Source of the DNA: Candidatus Saccharimonadota bacterium
GTDB taxonomy: Bacteria > Patescibacteriota > Gracilibacteria > BD1-5 > UBA2023
Direction of reading: 5' to 3'
Assembly (NCBI GenBank): GCA_046350815.1
Contig: JAXLZO010000001.1
Coordinates: forward strand, 270,001 to 302,000
Length of the DNA: 32,000 bases
The position numbers and the translations under genes were made by a program. Positions 19,807-27,898 of this stretch are shown piece after piece; positions within the stretch are counted from its first letter, which is position 1, and every line of letters begins with the position of its first letter. The notes beneath the pieces were generated by a model that was not told where the DNA came from, made no database searches, and saw only the letters and a program-made list of their open reading frames with translations.

Positions 19807-20913
19807 ATGTACAAATTCTCCCACCGCTCTGGCATGACGCTCATCGAAATTATGCTCGCTATCACCGTGCTCTCATCCATCATGATTGTCACGCTCGAGG
19901 CTATCAGCGGAACGCTCGCCTTCCGCAAACAAGCCACTGATGAACTCGATCTCTCAACCCAGAGTTATCTCGCTCTCGAAGTACTCACCCGAACGATCAA
20001 AGATGGATGATCGATCGACTACGAAGAATATTGGAATCGATCACGAGTGGGAACTGGGGTAGAATTTTGAGTCTATAGTGGCGCAACAGGATTTGGGAAT
20101 TATGGATACAATGCGGGGGCTATTAATAATACGAACACGAACTTTTGATCTGGAAAATACGTATGTGCTTATCAAAGCGGATCAGTAACTAATGCTTGTG
20201 ATAGTAATGAAAATTCATTCAATGGAGAAGCATGAGGAGCAACAGATACCTCAACGAAACCTCAACGCTTTGGTCAGTATGCTGCAAATTTTTACACATA
20301 CAAAACTGATGCAGATGGTGTCAATGGTATTATAGGTGACTATGATGATGAAGATCCAGGACTAGGTCCAGTAGCCATTCCTGACAATGGAAAACCAAAA
20401 GAGCTCTATCTCATCAAACGCACTAGCTCTGGAGTCGAGCGACTGATTATACGAAATTTTAAAATAAACGATTGATGAGTGTGTAATGATGCGACATGAG
20501 TAAATTGTCGATGACAGCTTGAGATTCTCAAGCTCAAAGGAAGTGATGAAGGACTAGATCATGATAGTACCAATTCTGATAAATCAGGGGAATACGATGG
20601 TATTATCGACACATGGCGCTGTCATCCAGATTATAGCTGTGCTTGACCTAATAATCTCCCACTTGGAACAGGATCAGAATTTGTACCACTCCTCCCACCT
20701 ACCATCAGCGTTCTGAACTGGCAGCTCGATGTAGCGCCGATCAAGGATGGTAACCGTAGCTGGCGAGAGCGTCAGTATTCACAGGCTCAGAGTGTGAGAC
20801 TCACCGTAACGCTCTGATGGAGCAATGTCCACAAGCAGACACTTAAAAATGGTAAAGAAAAAACTATCACTCTTTCAACACTCATTAATCTCGACAATGT
20901 ATGAAAACAATAA
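19807..20913 (+). CDS. type IV pilus minor pilin / pseudopilin-like protein (prepilin-type N-terminal methylation motif)
   Basis: HRSG-MTLIEIMLAITVLSSIMIV matches G/(F,M)TLIE plus a hydrophobic helix. 368 aa with 11 in-frame TGA and no TAA/TAG until 20911-20913. Confidence 0.75.
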
Positions 20914-21827
20914 CATCTTTTGCTCGGGACAAACGCTGAGTTGGTCTCATCTTCGCACTCGTATCAGTCGTGCTCCTCTCGATGATCATGACGGTATTCT
21001 ATGAGATCGTCATTCCACGTGCTCGTAATGTCAAAGGGATCGAGCAGAGTAATGTAGCAGCCTACAACGCTGAGAGTGGTATCGAGGCAAGTTTGAATAG
21101 CTTCAGTGGAAGCAATCCCGTTGCAGACGTAGACACCGGTTCAATTGGTATTTACAGTGTAAGTGGATCGATTAAACGTGAATGCACTAGTGGGCCATGC
21201 GTATTTCCTGAACCATGAAAATGAAATAGTCCAACTGACTCAAATTATAATATCATTCGACCTGGATCACCAATTCAAATACCAATTACAAATGGAACTA
21301 TAACTTCAGGTTTTAGTGTAAAGTTTCATATGCCTGAAGCTTTTAGTGGTGGCGTATTAAGTAGAAAATTAAAAGATGATGCAAAGCCCTACTTTATATG
21401 GACTTTTACAACAAATCCAGCAGCTCCATGAACAGCAAAGAGTATTACATCTCAGAGTGGTGCTCTTCTGCAATTTAATAATCTAACATCAATATTTGCA
21501 GTTGAAGGGAATAATTGAGAGAAGTGAATTAAAAATGATGGGACAAAAGATAATTGATTATGAGGATTTATCTCATCAAATGCATCAGATTGCACTTGAT
21601 ACAAATGCACACTCAAAATCTCACTCATTCGAGATTTAGAAACTGATGATGGAAAAAGAATTCCTTATCTTGAATATCAAATTACTACAACTGGGAATCT
21701 CACCATTCCTCTCCAATACGCAACGCTTACCTCTACCGGAACTCAAGGACCATTCTCAAAGACGGTCACTCGAGAGGTAGAACGATTCACCACCAACGAG
21801 GCCTTTGATTTTACGGTATTGCAATAA
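20901..21827 (+). CDS. PilX-like minor pilin candidate
   Basis: N-terminus FARDKR-G-VGLIFALVSVVLLSMIM is PilX_N-like. 308 aa with 9 in-frame TGA. Overlaps the preceding pilin gene by 13 nt. TAA at 21825-21827. Confidence 0.55.
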
Positions 21828-21836
21828 TATAAAACT

Positions 21837-21861
21837 GTCATCCTGAACTTGATTCAGGATC
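21837..21861 (+). repeat. GTCAT-hairpin-ATC dispersed repeat, copy 2
   Basis: gtcatCCTGAActtgaTTCAGGatc, 10 nt after the PilX-like stop. Confidence 0.75.
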
Positions 21862-21929
21862 TACTTCTTTAGTATTTTTCAAGTTATTCATCATTTAAAA
21901 ACAAAAAACTTACCCTTCAACTCATATCA

Positions 21930-22952
21930 ATGCCCAGAATCACTTACGAAATCAACGAAAACGACAGCAATCAACGCCTCGATAAATTTGCAAAGAAACT
22001 TCTCATAGATACTCCTCTCGCGGGTATTTATAAGATGATACGCTCAAAAGATATCGTTGTGAATGGAAAAAAGAGTGAACAAGACTATGTATTGCAGCAA
22101 GGTGATAGTGTCCGGATATTCCATCGAGAGGATCCTACATCGACAATGATAGACAACGGTCGACATAACAATGTCGAAGATAGAAAACCTGATTCTGAAA
22201 GGAAGAATTATAGCTTTCGTAGTATGATCATCTACGAAGATGACGACTTTGTATGCATCAATAAGCCGCCTCATCTGAACGTACATCCATGAGATCATAA
22301 GACGAAAGAAGTCTCACTCATAGAACTCGCCCTCGATTATTACCAAGGAAAATACAATTCTCTCACCTTCAAGCCATCACTCGTTCATCGTATCGATCGA
22401 CAGACAACTGGTTGTGTACTGATAGCTAAGAACAAACCAACCCTTGATGCACTCCTCGCACTACTCCAATCACAACAAATTGAGAAGACCTATCATACTA
22501 TCACCATTGAGAACTCTACGGTAAAATCACGAGATACTATACGATCGAAACTTGAGAGATATGATGCAGGCGGTGGAAGCAAGGTTCGTGTAAGTGAAGT
22601 ATGAGAACCGAGTGTTACTCACTATTCTACTCTCAAGAATCTCTCGAATAAATACAGACTTATCGAGTGTCGATTGGAGACAGGACGAATGCACCAGATT
22701 CGCGTACATCTCTCAAGCATCGGACTCCCAATCGTAGGAGATGGGTACTATGGAGAAAAATGAGAGAACAGCTTTGCAAAGCGAACTTATGGTATCGACC
22801 ATCAACTTCTTCATGCTTATAGATTGAGCTTCGAGCACCCGAGAACCCGCAAACAACTCAATATCATCGCTGCGTACCCAAAAGACTTTGAAGAATTTAT
22901 CCTATCAGTAAGATGTGATCACTATTCTGAAAGCATTTCAAGATCTAACTAG
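21930..22952 (+). CDS. RluA-family (RluC/RluD-type) pseudouridine synthase with N-terminal S4 domain
   Basis: S4-like QRLDKFAKKLL...VVNGKK, NVHP-G-D, catalytic HRIDRQTTGCVLIAK, GRMHQIRVH. TAG at 22950-22952. Confidence 0.9.
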
Positions 22953-22977
22953 GTCATCCTGAACTTGATTCAGGATC
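22953..22977 (+). repeat. GTCAT-hairpin-ATC dispersed repeat, copy 3
   Basis: Identical to copy 2. Starts 1 nt after the RluA-family stop codon. Confidence 0.75.
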
Positions 22978-23042
22978 TTCCGTTTCTCTACTAGTACTTC
23001 TCTCTTTGCATAGGAATAACAGGAATAATTGATACAATATTC

Positions 23043-23077
23043 AAAAAACAGCTCCTTGTCTAACGACCGGGAGCTGT
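23043..23077 (-). terminator. intrinsic terminator of the paralog-B operon
   Basis: The minus strand reads acagctcc-(14 nt loop containing the TAG stop)-ggagctgt followed by TTTTTT. Confidence 0.65.
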
Positions 23078-24034
23078 TACATTATGAGCTTTGTATATAA
23101 ATTGGCTAAACGGAGCCAGAGCATCATCCAGACGCTGACGCATGACAATATAACTATCTCGAATAAGCAAGAGATAAATATGAAGCTCATAAGCACTTTC
23201 AAAACTGAGATAGGAATCAAATGTTGAAGATATGGTTTGAGTAGCGAGGCTTGGAGCTGCAGCAATGCGGCTTTCAAGTATTTGTCGAGTACTCACGAGA
23301 TCATTCGTATTGCGAGCACCATCAAGGATAGCTCACTCTTGTTCTGCTACATTCTTGACGTAACGCGTATAAGCAAGATAACGACAAGTGAGATAGGATG
23401 ATGTATTGATAAGTCGTTCCGACATTACCTTTCGTTTGAGAGGCTCATTATTTGACTGTGTGCCAAGTGCCCGACATTTATAAAGAGTCGCATCTTCATT
23501 ATTCTTTTGTTTGAGGGGTGGGAGATAATCTTTGAGAGATGATTCTTGAAGAAATCGAAATCCGCCGTTTGACTTTGCAGCTTCGATATCATTGTATATT
23601 TGAGCTTTTGAATTCACAAGAGCGCAGGCAAAGAGATTGTTCAATACAGCATTATAGAGTTCGGTATTTGCTTCAAAGTAGTCGAGCATCTTCGGTGAGC
23701 TTACTGTCGGGGTATCTTCGCCAAGATCCCCACCCATATTTGGAACATTTCCTCCAAAATCACCAATCATTTTTCACACCGATTGAAGTGCTGCCTCATC
23801 GCCCATGGGAGCAAATTTGAGATCTTTTATCTTGAGAAAAGTATCAGTATCACCAGCTGACCAGGGGTTTGGGGCGCCACAAGTTGAGAGTCAGCTTGAG
23901 AGAGTTGAGTTATCACCCAAATATGTATCGTATATCGATTGATTCGTTGCACTCACCTGAGCAAAAACCTCGGAAGAAAATCCAAGGCACACAAAACCAA
24001 ATATCAAGAACGAACTAAAAATCTTTTGTAGCAT
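23060..24034 (-). CDS. secreted protein of unknown function (324 aa)
   Basis: Signal peptide MLQKIFSSFLIFGFVCLGFSSEVFA. Fragments 23333-23770 and 23060-23296 are joined by TGA. Its ATG overlaps the TAA of the upstream ATPase gene (TAATG). Confidence 0.6.
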
Positions 24035-26442
24035 TACCCGCCTATTCTATACGAAAGTTCTTTTTCGACAAATACTCGATCGCGTCCATATTTGAGACGA
24101 GAAAGTTCCGTGTAGATATGAGCATATTTTTTATCTCATTCTTCAAGATATGGATTGAGCGGAATAATCGAAAATGAAGGTGTTGGTTGACTATCAACAA
24201 GAGGTCGAATAACAGCTCGGAATTTATCCATATTCACGAGATCAAAGTCCGAGAAATTCGGCTTCATAATCTCTGATATTGCCTCTCCATCATCACTACC
24301 AATACGGTATGACATAACCGTACCAACGTTACCAAAAATAGCATCTTTAAGATTGAGGTTTGATTTTGTAAGTGAGTCTGATTTTTGAAGCTGTGCAATA
24401 TACTGATGTGCCACATTGAGAGAGAGTCGATACTTACGAGCTTCTGAGAGGATAGATTCGATTGATTCTGTAATATAGTTCTGAAACTCATCAATATAGA
24501 GAAAGAAATCACGTCGATCTTCCTTTGCTATAGACTGACGACGCATAGCCGCAATTTGCATCTTGGACACGAGTATGAGACCCAGCAGATTGGAATTAAA
24601 ATCACCGAGCAAACCTTTTGAAAGATTGATCAAGAGTATCTTTCCTGATTGCATACTATCATAAACATCGAATGAGCTGGTTGTTTGACCGATAATATTA
24701 CGCATCATTCGATTCGTAATGAATCCACCAAATTTTGCTTGAAAATATGGGATAATCTCGGCCTTTTCGCGGTCTCATTGTTTGGAATACACACCCTGCC
24801 ACCATTGTTTTACTGCTGGATCTTTGACAGTCTGACGCCGCGCCATCTGAAAATTATCATCCGTAAAGAGGCGTACTATGTCTGTGATTGCACCGCCTTC
24901 TGGATAGTCCATAAGCGTAATCGCACCATTTCGAAAATAATCCTGAATGCGAGGCCCAAATATCTCAGCACCAAAGAGTCGAATCATGATAGAAAGTGCA
25001 TCTTGTACCACCATTTGTTTTTCATCCTCAGTGCTGTATTCCAGCATATTCAGTCCCATCGGACGCTCAAGATCTGCGGGATTAAAATAAATCACATCTT
25101 CTGCGCGCTCTCTTGGGATAAATGGCAAGAGATCATGTGCAAAATCTCCATGCGGATCCATCACAGCGAGACCTTCTCCTGCACGGATATCCTGACGAGC
25201 CATGGAAGTTAATACTGTCGTTTTACCAGTACCAGTCTGCCCAATCACATAAAAATGACGAAAACGATCTTCTCTCTTGAGTCGAATTTCCCGACGAGTT
25301 CCACGATATTCGTTATGACCAATGAGAATTCCTTCTTTTGGCATATCTGGTGGTGCTCCAACAATCTTGAATCGTTGCCATTTGATCTCATGAACACGGT
25401 TATATTTGGAATGAGGGAAGTGATAGAGCGAAGCTATCTCCTCAAGACTCAAAATCGAGGGTGAGAGGAGGCTGCTCTGAGGAAAACGAAGAACAAACTT
25501 CTGAAAAAATCCTACCGATTCAATATATTTTGATGCCTTAAATCGATTGTACCCCGGAGATGCAAACTGACCAAAAGCTGCTTTGAGATGTTCAATCTCC
25601 GTCAGAACAAGCGAACGGTCATCACCCGTAACAAGGAGGCGTATAGCTACAGAATAACCAGATTTTTTGGCTTTTTCAGCAATATGTTCAGCGTCAGCGT
25701 TCTTATGATCGTCTTGGGGGGATTCTTTGTCTTGAGATGCATTTTCAGGCGACCAAAAAACAGAGAGAAGATGAGAGAGAAATCATGGATGATGCTTTCA
25801 TTTTTTCGAGAGTTTTTTCTCATAGCGTTGAGCGTTGTCTTGCCAAGTGTCTGGATAGGACTTCAGTACAATCTGAACGATCGCTCGTTCATGCTCTGCG
25901 AGTTTTGCGAGACTCGAGAGAATCGGATTCATAGGATCAGATTCTAGTTCCTTGTAGGATTTGATAGGGATAAAATAACTCTTATCAAGCTTAATATTCA
26001 CACCAACCGCGTGCGCATTAGATGAAAAAAGTTGTGGTTCTTCGATCTCCTCGAGGATAATATCACTATAGATAGCAGCAAGTTGTTTCTCTACGAATAC
26101 ACGATATTTCTTGTGCACAGCAATAACAAACGTGATCTCTCCTTCGCGTGCATGATATTCGAATGAAAGAAAATCACCCCGAAAAAATTGAGAGACAATA
26201 TTGCTTTTCTCAAACTGCTTAAAACTGGTGAGAAATTGCTCCATCAGACTAACGTGTTCTCGAAAATCTTTGATTGTGTCTTTGCGTTCATCAGCATCAC
26301 TATCCTTGCGGGTCATGAGCACTCGGATAAAAACAAGTTGTCTCGAATACCAAAGCTTCAGAAAAAATCTCAGAACAAAGAGAAAAATAAGAAATCAGAG
26401 AACGGCAAATGCAATGAGCGGACTCATTAAAGTAATATCCAT
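24034..26442 (-). CDS. membrane-anchored TraG/TraD/VirD4-like ATPase (paralog B, 802 aa)
   Basis: Fragments 25798-26322, 24775-25452 and 24136-24708 share one frame via TGA. N-terminal TM, Walker A GQTGTGKT, VMDPHGD, FFLYIDEFQNY, ARKYRLSLNVAHQYIAQL. Colinear with paralog A from the LV(Y/F)IRV segment to the C-terminus. Confidence 0.8.
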
Positions 26443-26558
26443 AGAGTGAATTGATATTACTATATCGTATTTATTGAAAAATTACGAAAAAAATGATCAT
26501 TTTTTATAATAGTTGGCTTGACGATAGTATTTTGTAATGATTGATGATTTTTTACAAC

Positions 26559-26585
26559 AAATCCCCACTATGATAGTGGGGATTT
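26559..26585. terminator. 12-bp perfect hairpin after the small secreted-protein gene (weak or bidirectional terminator)
   Basis: aaatccccacta-tga-tagtggggattt. Only a short T-run on either side. Confidence 0.45.
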
Positions 26586-26614
26586 TACGTTCGATAAGAC
26601 AAAATTGCCTCCGT

Positions 26615-26923
26615 TTAGTTTTTTGTGAGTTTTTGCACTTGCCGTGTACAGGGAACATCCAACTGATACAGTTCATCTGGATTATCTGGATTTTCAACCA
26701 GTATAACACAACTGTATAATGTAGTACTGTATTGGAATTTCATTACTTTTGGTTTCCCGCAAGTATGTTGTTCCACGACATCAAACGGAATAGGAGCATT
26801 TACCCCTTGGATCCGCACACCTGTGCGTGTATCAACTGCACACCATTTGTCCGTTCCCGCAAAGACTTGCATAGAAGAAAGGCAAGCGAGAACTCCTCCG
26901 ATTATCAACATACCCATTTTCAT
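26615..26923 (-). CDS. small secreted cysteine-containing protein (102 aa), unknown function
   Basis: Signal peptide MKMGMLIIGGVLACLSSMQVFA, four further Cys, TAA stop. AGGAG lies 6 nt before the ATG. Confidence 0.6.
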   Translation of the reverse strand: MKMGMLIIGGVLACLSSMQVFAGTDKWCAVDTRTGVRIQGVNAPIPFDVVEQHTCGKPKVMKFQYSTTLYSCVILVENPDNPDELYQLDVPCTRQVQKLTKN

Positions 26924-26967
26924 GACATTCTCCTATATTTGTTGTTCTTGAAAAGAGGGATTGGAGG

Positions 26968-26994
26968 ATTATAGACTAAAAAATTAAAAGTCAA
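26968..26994 (-). promoter_or_regulatory. near-consensus sigma-70-type promoter TTGACT-15-TATAAT
   Basis: The minus strand reads ttgact-15 nt-tataat, about 45 nt upstream of the ATG at 26923. Confidence 0.5.
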
Positions 26995-27026
26995 ATATCC
27001 ATATATAAAGCCTAGACTCAGGATGC

Positions 27027-27054
27027 TTGTTATTTTTTGATGGTTTCATATACT
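27027..27054 (+). promoter_or_regulatory. promoter P+1: TTGTTA-16-TATACT (module 1 small-ORF transcript)
   Basis: The -10 hexamer lies inside the 44-nt repeat. The predicted +1 (about 27061) is the base of the CTCCCA/TGGGAG hairpin. Confidence 0.5.
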
Positions 27055-27085
27055 CTCGTCGCTCCCATTCCGTTGGGAGTGGGAG
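27042..27085 (+). repeat. 44-nt exact repeat, copy 1 (-10 box plus 5-prime hairpin)
   Basis: ggtttcatatactctcgtcgctcccattccgttgggagtgggag. Identical to 27360-27403. Confidence 0.95.
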
Positions 27086-27111
27086 GTTTATTTTGGTAAA
27101 CTTCTTACTGT

Positions 27112-27222
27112 ATGAAATTCTTTCGAGAATTTTGGATCAAGATGTGGTGTCTCAGTATTGAGATACAGCTTGATAAGAAGCGAAGAATGAAGGTCTATGA
27201 CGATAGTTCTGAGCAAAAATAA
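27112..27222 (+). CDS. small ORF 1 (36 aa) of the type-I-TA-like module; coding status unproven
   Basis: MKFFREFWIKMWCLSIEIQLDKKRRMKVYDDSSEQK. The ATG is embedded in direct repeat DRb, and TAA abuts terminator T1. Confidence 0.35.
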   Translation: MKFFREFWIKMWCLSIEIQLDKKRRMKVYDDSSEQK

Positions 27223-27297
27223 AAGACCCGCGTCAACGGGTCTTTTATTTTGGGAGGCTTATTTCCCTTCTTACAGTATGAGGCCTCCGAAGAGGTC
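27214..27297 (-). ncRNA. predicted antisense sRNA 1 (~84 nt)
   Basis: Own promoter (27304-27331). The 5-prime end folds as GACCUC-UUCG-GAGGCC. The body is complementary to the ORF1 leader and start codon. Ends at T1. Confidence 0.5.
27221..27251. terminator. bidirectional intrinsic terminator T1
   Basis: aaaagacccg-cgtcaa-cgggtctttt with T-runs on both strands. Confidence 0.8.
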
Positions 27298-27303
27298 AAT
27301 ACA

Positions 27304-27331
27304 AGTATAGCAGATGACTCTAGAAATGCAA
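27304..27331 (-). promoter_or_regulatory. promoter P-1: TTGCAT-16-TATACT (sRNA 1)
   Basis: Minus-strand hexamers at 27331-27326 and 27309-27304. Hexamers and spacing are identical in the second copy (27613-27640). Confidence 0.55.
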
Positions 27332-27344
27332 ATATTTTGGATTC

Positions 27345-27372
27345 TTGCTTTTGGAATTGGGTTTCATATACT
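27345..27372 (+). promoter_or_regulatory. promoter P+2: TTGCTT-16-TATACT (module 2 small-ORF transcript)
   Basis: Same geometry as P+1. The -10 box lies inside repeat copy 2. Confidence 0.5.
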
Positions 27373-27403
27373 CTCGTCGCTCCCATTCCGTTGGGAGTGG
27401 GAG
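27360..27403 (+). repeat. 44-nt exact repeat, copy 2
   Basis: Identical to 27042-27085, with a 318-nt period. Confidence 0.95.
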
Positions 27404-27428
27404 ATTTTTATCTCTTTACTGCGATTTT

Positions 27429-27533
27429 ATGAGGAATTTCCTCAAATATCTCACAGCTCTTCTGGGCTATGAGATTCATCGAGTGGGTGGAAGAGCTCGA
27501 AAGATGCTGATCCGCAAGCTCCGATGAAAATAA
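27429..27533 (+). CDS. small ORF 2 (34 aa) of the type-I-TA-like module; coding status unproven
   Basis: MRNFLKYLTALLGYEIHRVGGRARKMLIRKLR-G-K (one TGA). The ATG is 2 nt after DRb. TAA abuts T2. Confidence 0.35.
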
Positions 27534-27606
27534 TAAAACCCCCGGCAAGGGGTTTTATTATTTGGGAGATTTCTCTTCCTTACTGCGATTGGTCTCTTGC
27601 GAGATC
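27526..27606 (-). ncRNA. predicted antisense sRNA 2 (~81 nt)
   Basis: Promoter at 27613-27640. The 5-prime end folds as GAUCUC-GCAA-GAGACC. The body is complementary to the ORF2 leader. Ends at T2. Confidence 0.5.
27535..27563. terminator. bidirectional intrinsic terminator T2
   Basis: aaaacccc-cggcaa-ggggtttt with flanking T-runs on both strands. Confidence 0.8.
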
Positions 27607-27612
27607 AGAGTA

Positions 27613-27640
27613 AGTATAGCAGATGGCACAGGAAATGCAA
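27613..27640 (-). promoter_or_regulatory. promoter P-2: TTGCAT-16-TATACT (sRNA 2)
   Basis: Minus-strand hexamers at 27640-27635 and 27618-27613. Confidence 0.55.
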
Positions 27641-27653
27641 ATATTTTGAAATC

Positions 27654-27747
27654 TCCGACTCGCGATGACTATATCGCTCCCTGGACTGTTGAAACTTGTC
27701 CGACTCGCGATGACTATATCGCTCCCTGGACTGTTGAAACTTGTCCG
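27654..27747 (+). repeat. perfect 45-bp tandem duplication (2.1 copies)
   Basis: tccgactcgcgatgactatatcgctccctggactgttgaaacttg at 27654-27698 and 27699-27743, then tccg. Confidence 0.95.
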
Positions 27748-27796
27748 CCTATCAGAGCACACTTCTTGATGAATGTAAGATATATAAAAAGAAGAA

Positions 27797-27822
27797 GATC
27801 CTGAATCAAAGTTCAGGATGAC
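27797..27822 (-). repeat. GTCAT-hairpin-ATC dispersed repeat, copy 4 (inverted orientation)
   Basis: The reverse complement reads gtcatCCTGAActttgaTTCAGGatc. Lies 77 nt downstream of the S-layer-like gene stop. Confidence 0.75.
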
Positions 27823-27898
27823 GAATTGAATAAGAAAAACAGACAACAAAAAACTCCCACCCGTGAGGGAAGGAGTAATTTTGTATCTAACGATCAGA

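Noticed and set aside
27624-27639. Sigma-54-type promoter TGGCAC-N5-aTGCA on the plus strand
   Set aside because: The GG dinucleotide is not conserved in the paralogous copy (TGACTC at 27314-27319). The same bases read on the minus strand form TTGCAT-16-TATACT in both copies, with a hairpin at the predicted +1. Coincidence is more likely.
27042-27747. CRISPR array or tracrRNA-like element, suggested by the 44-nt repeat starting GTTTCA and the 45-bp repeats
   Set aside because: There are only two 44-nt copies, 318 nt apart, each with its own ORF and terminator. The 45-bp units are directly adjacent with no spacers. No cas genes are in the window.
27042-27747. Diversity-generating retroelement (template/variable repeat pair)
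   Set aside because: The repeat copies are identical or differ at non-adenine positions. There is no reverse transcriptase gene, and no repeat copy lies inside a target gene C-terminus.
27562-27804. 80-aa ORF with the duplicated peptide PTRDDYIAPWTVETC
   Set aside because: It spans an sRNA promoter, the perfect 45-bp DNA duplication and a hairpin repeat, and it has no credible start context. The repeat is more simply a DNA-level duplication in non-coding sequence.
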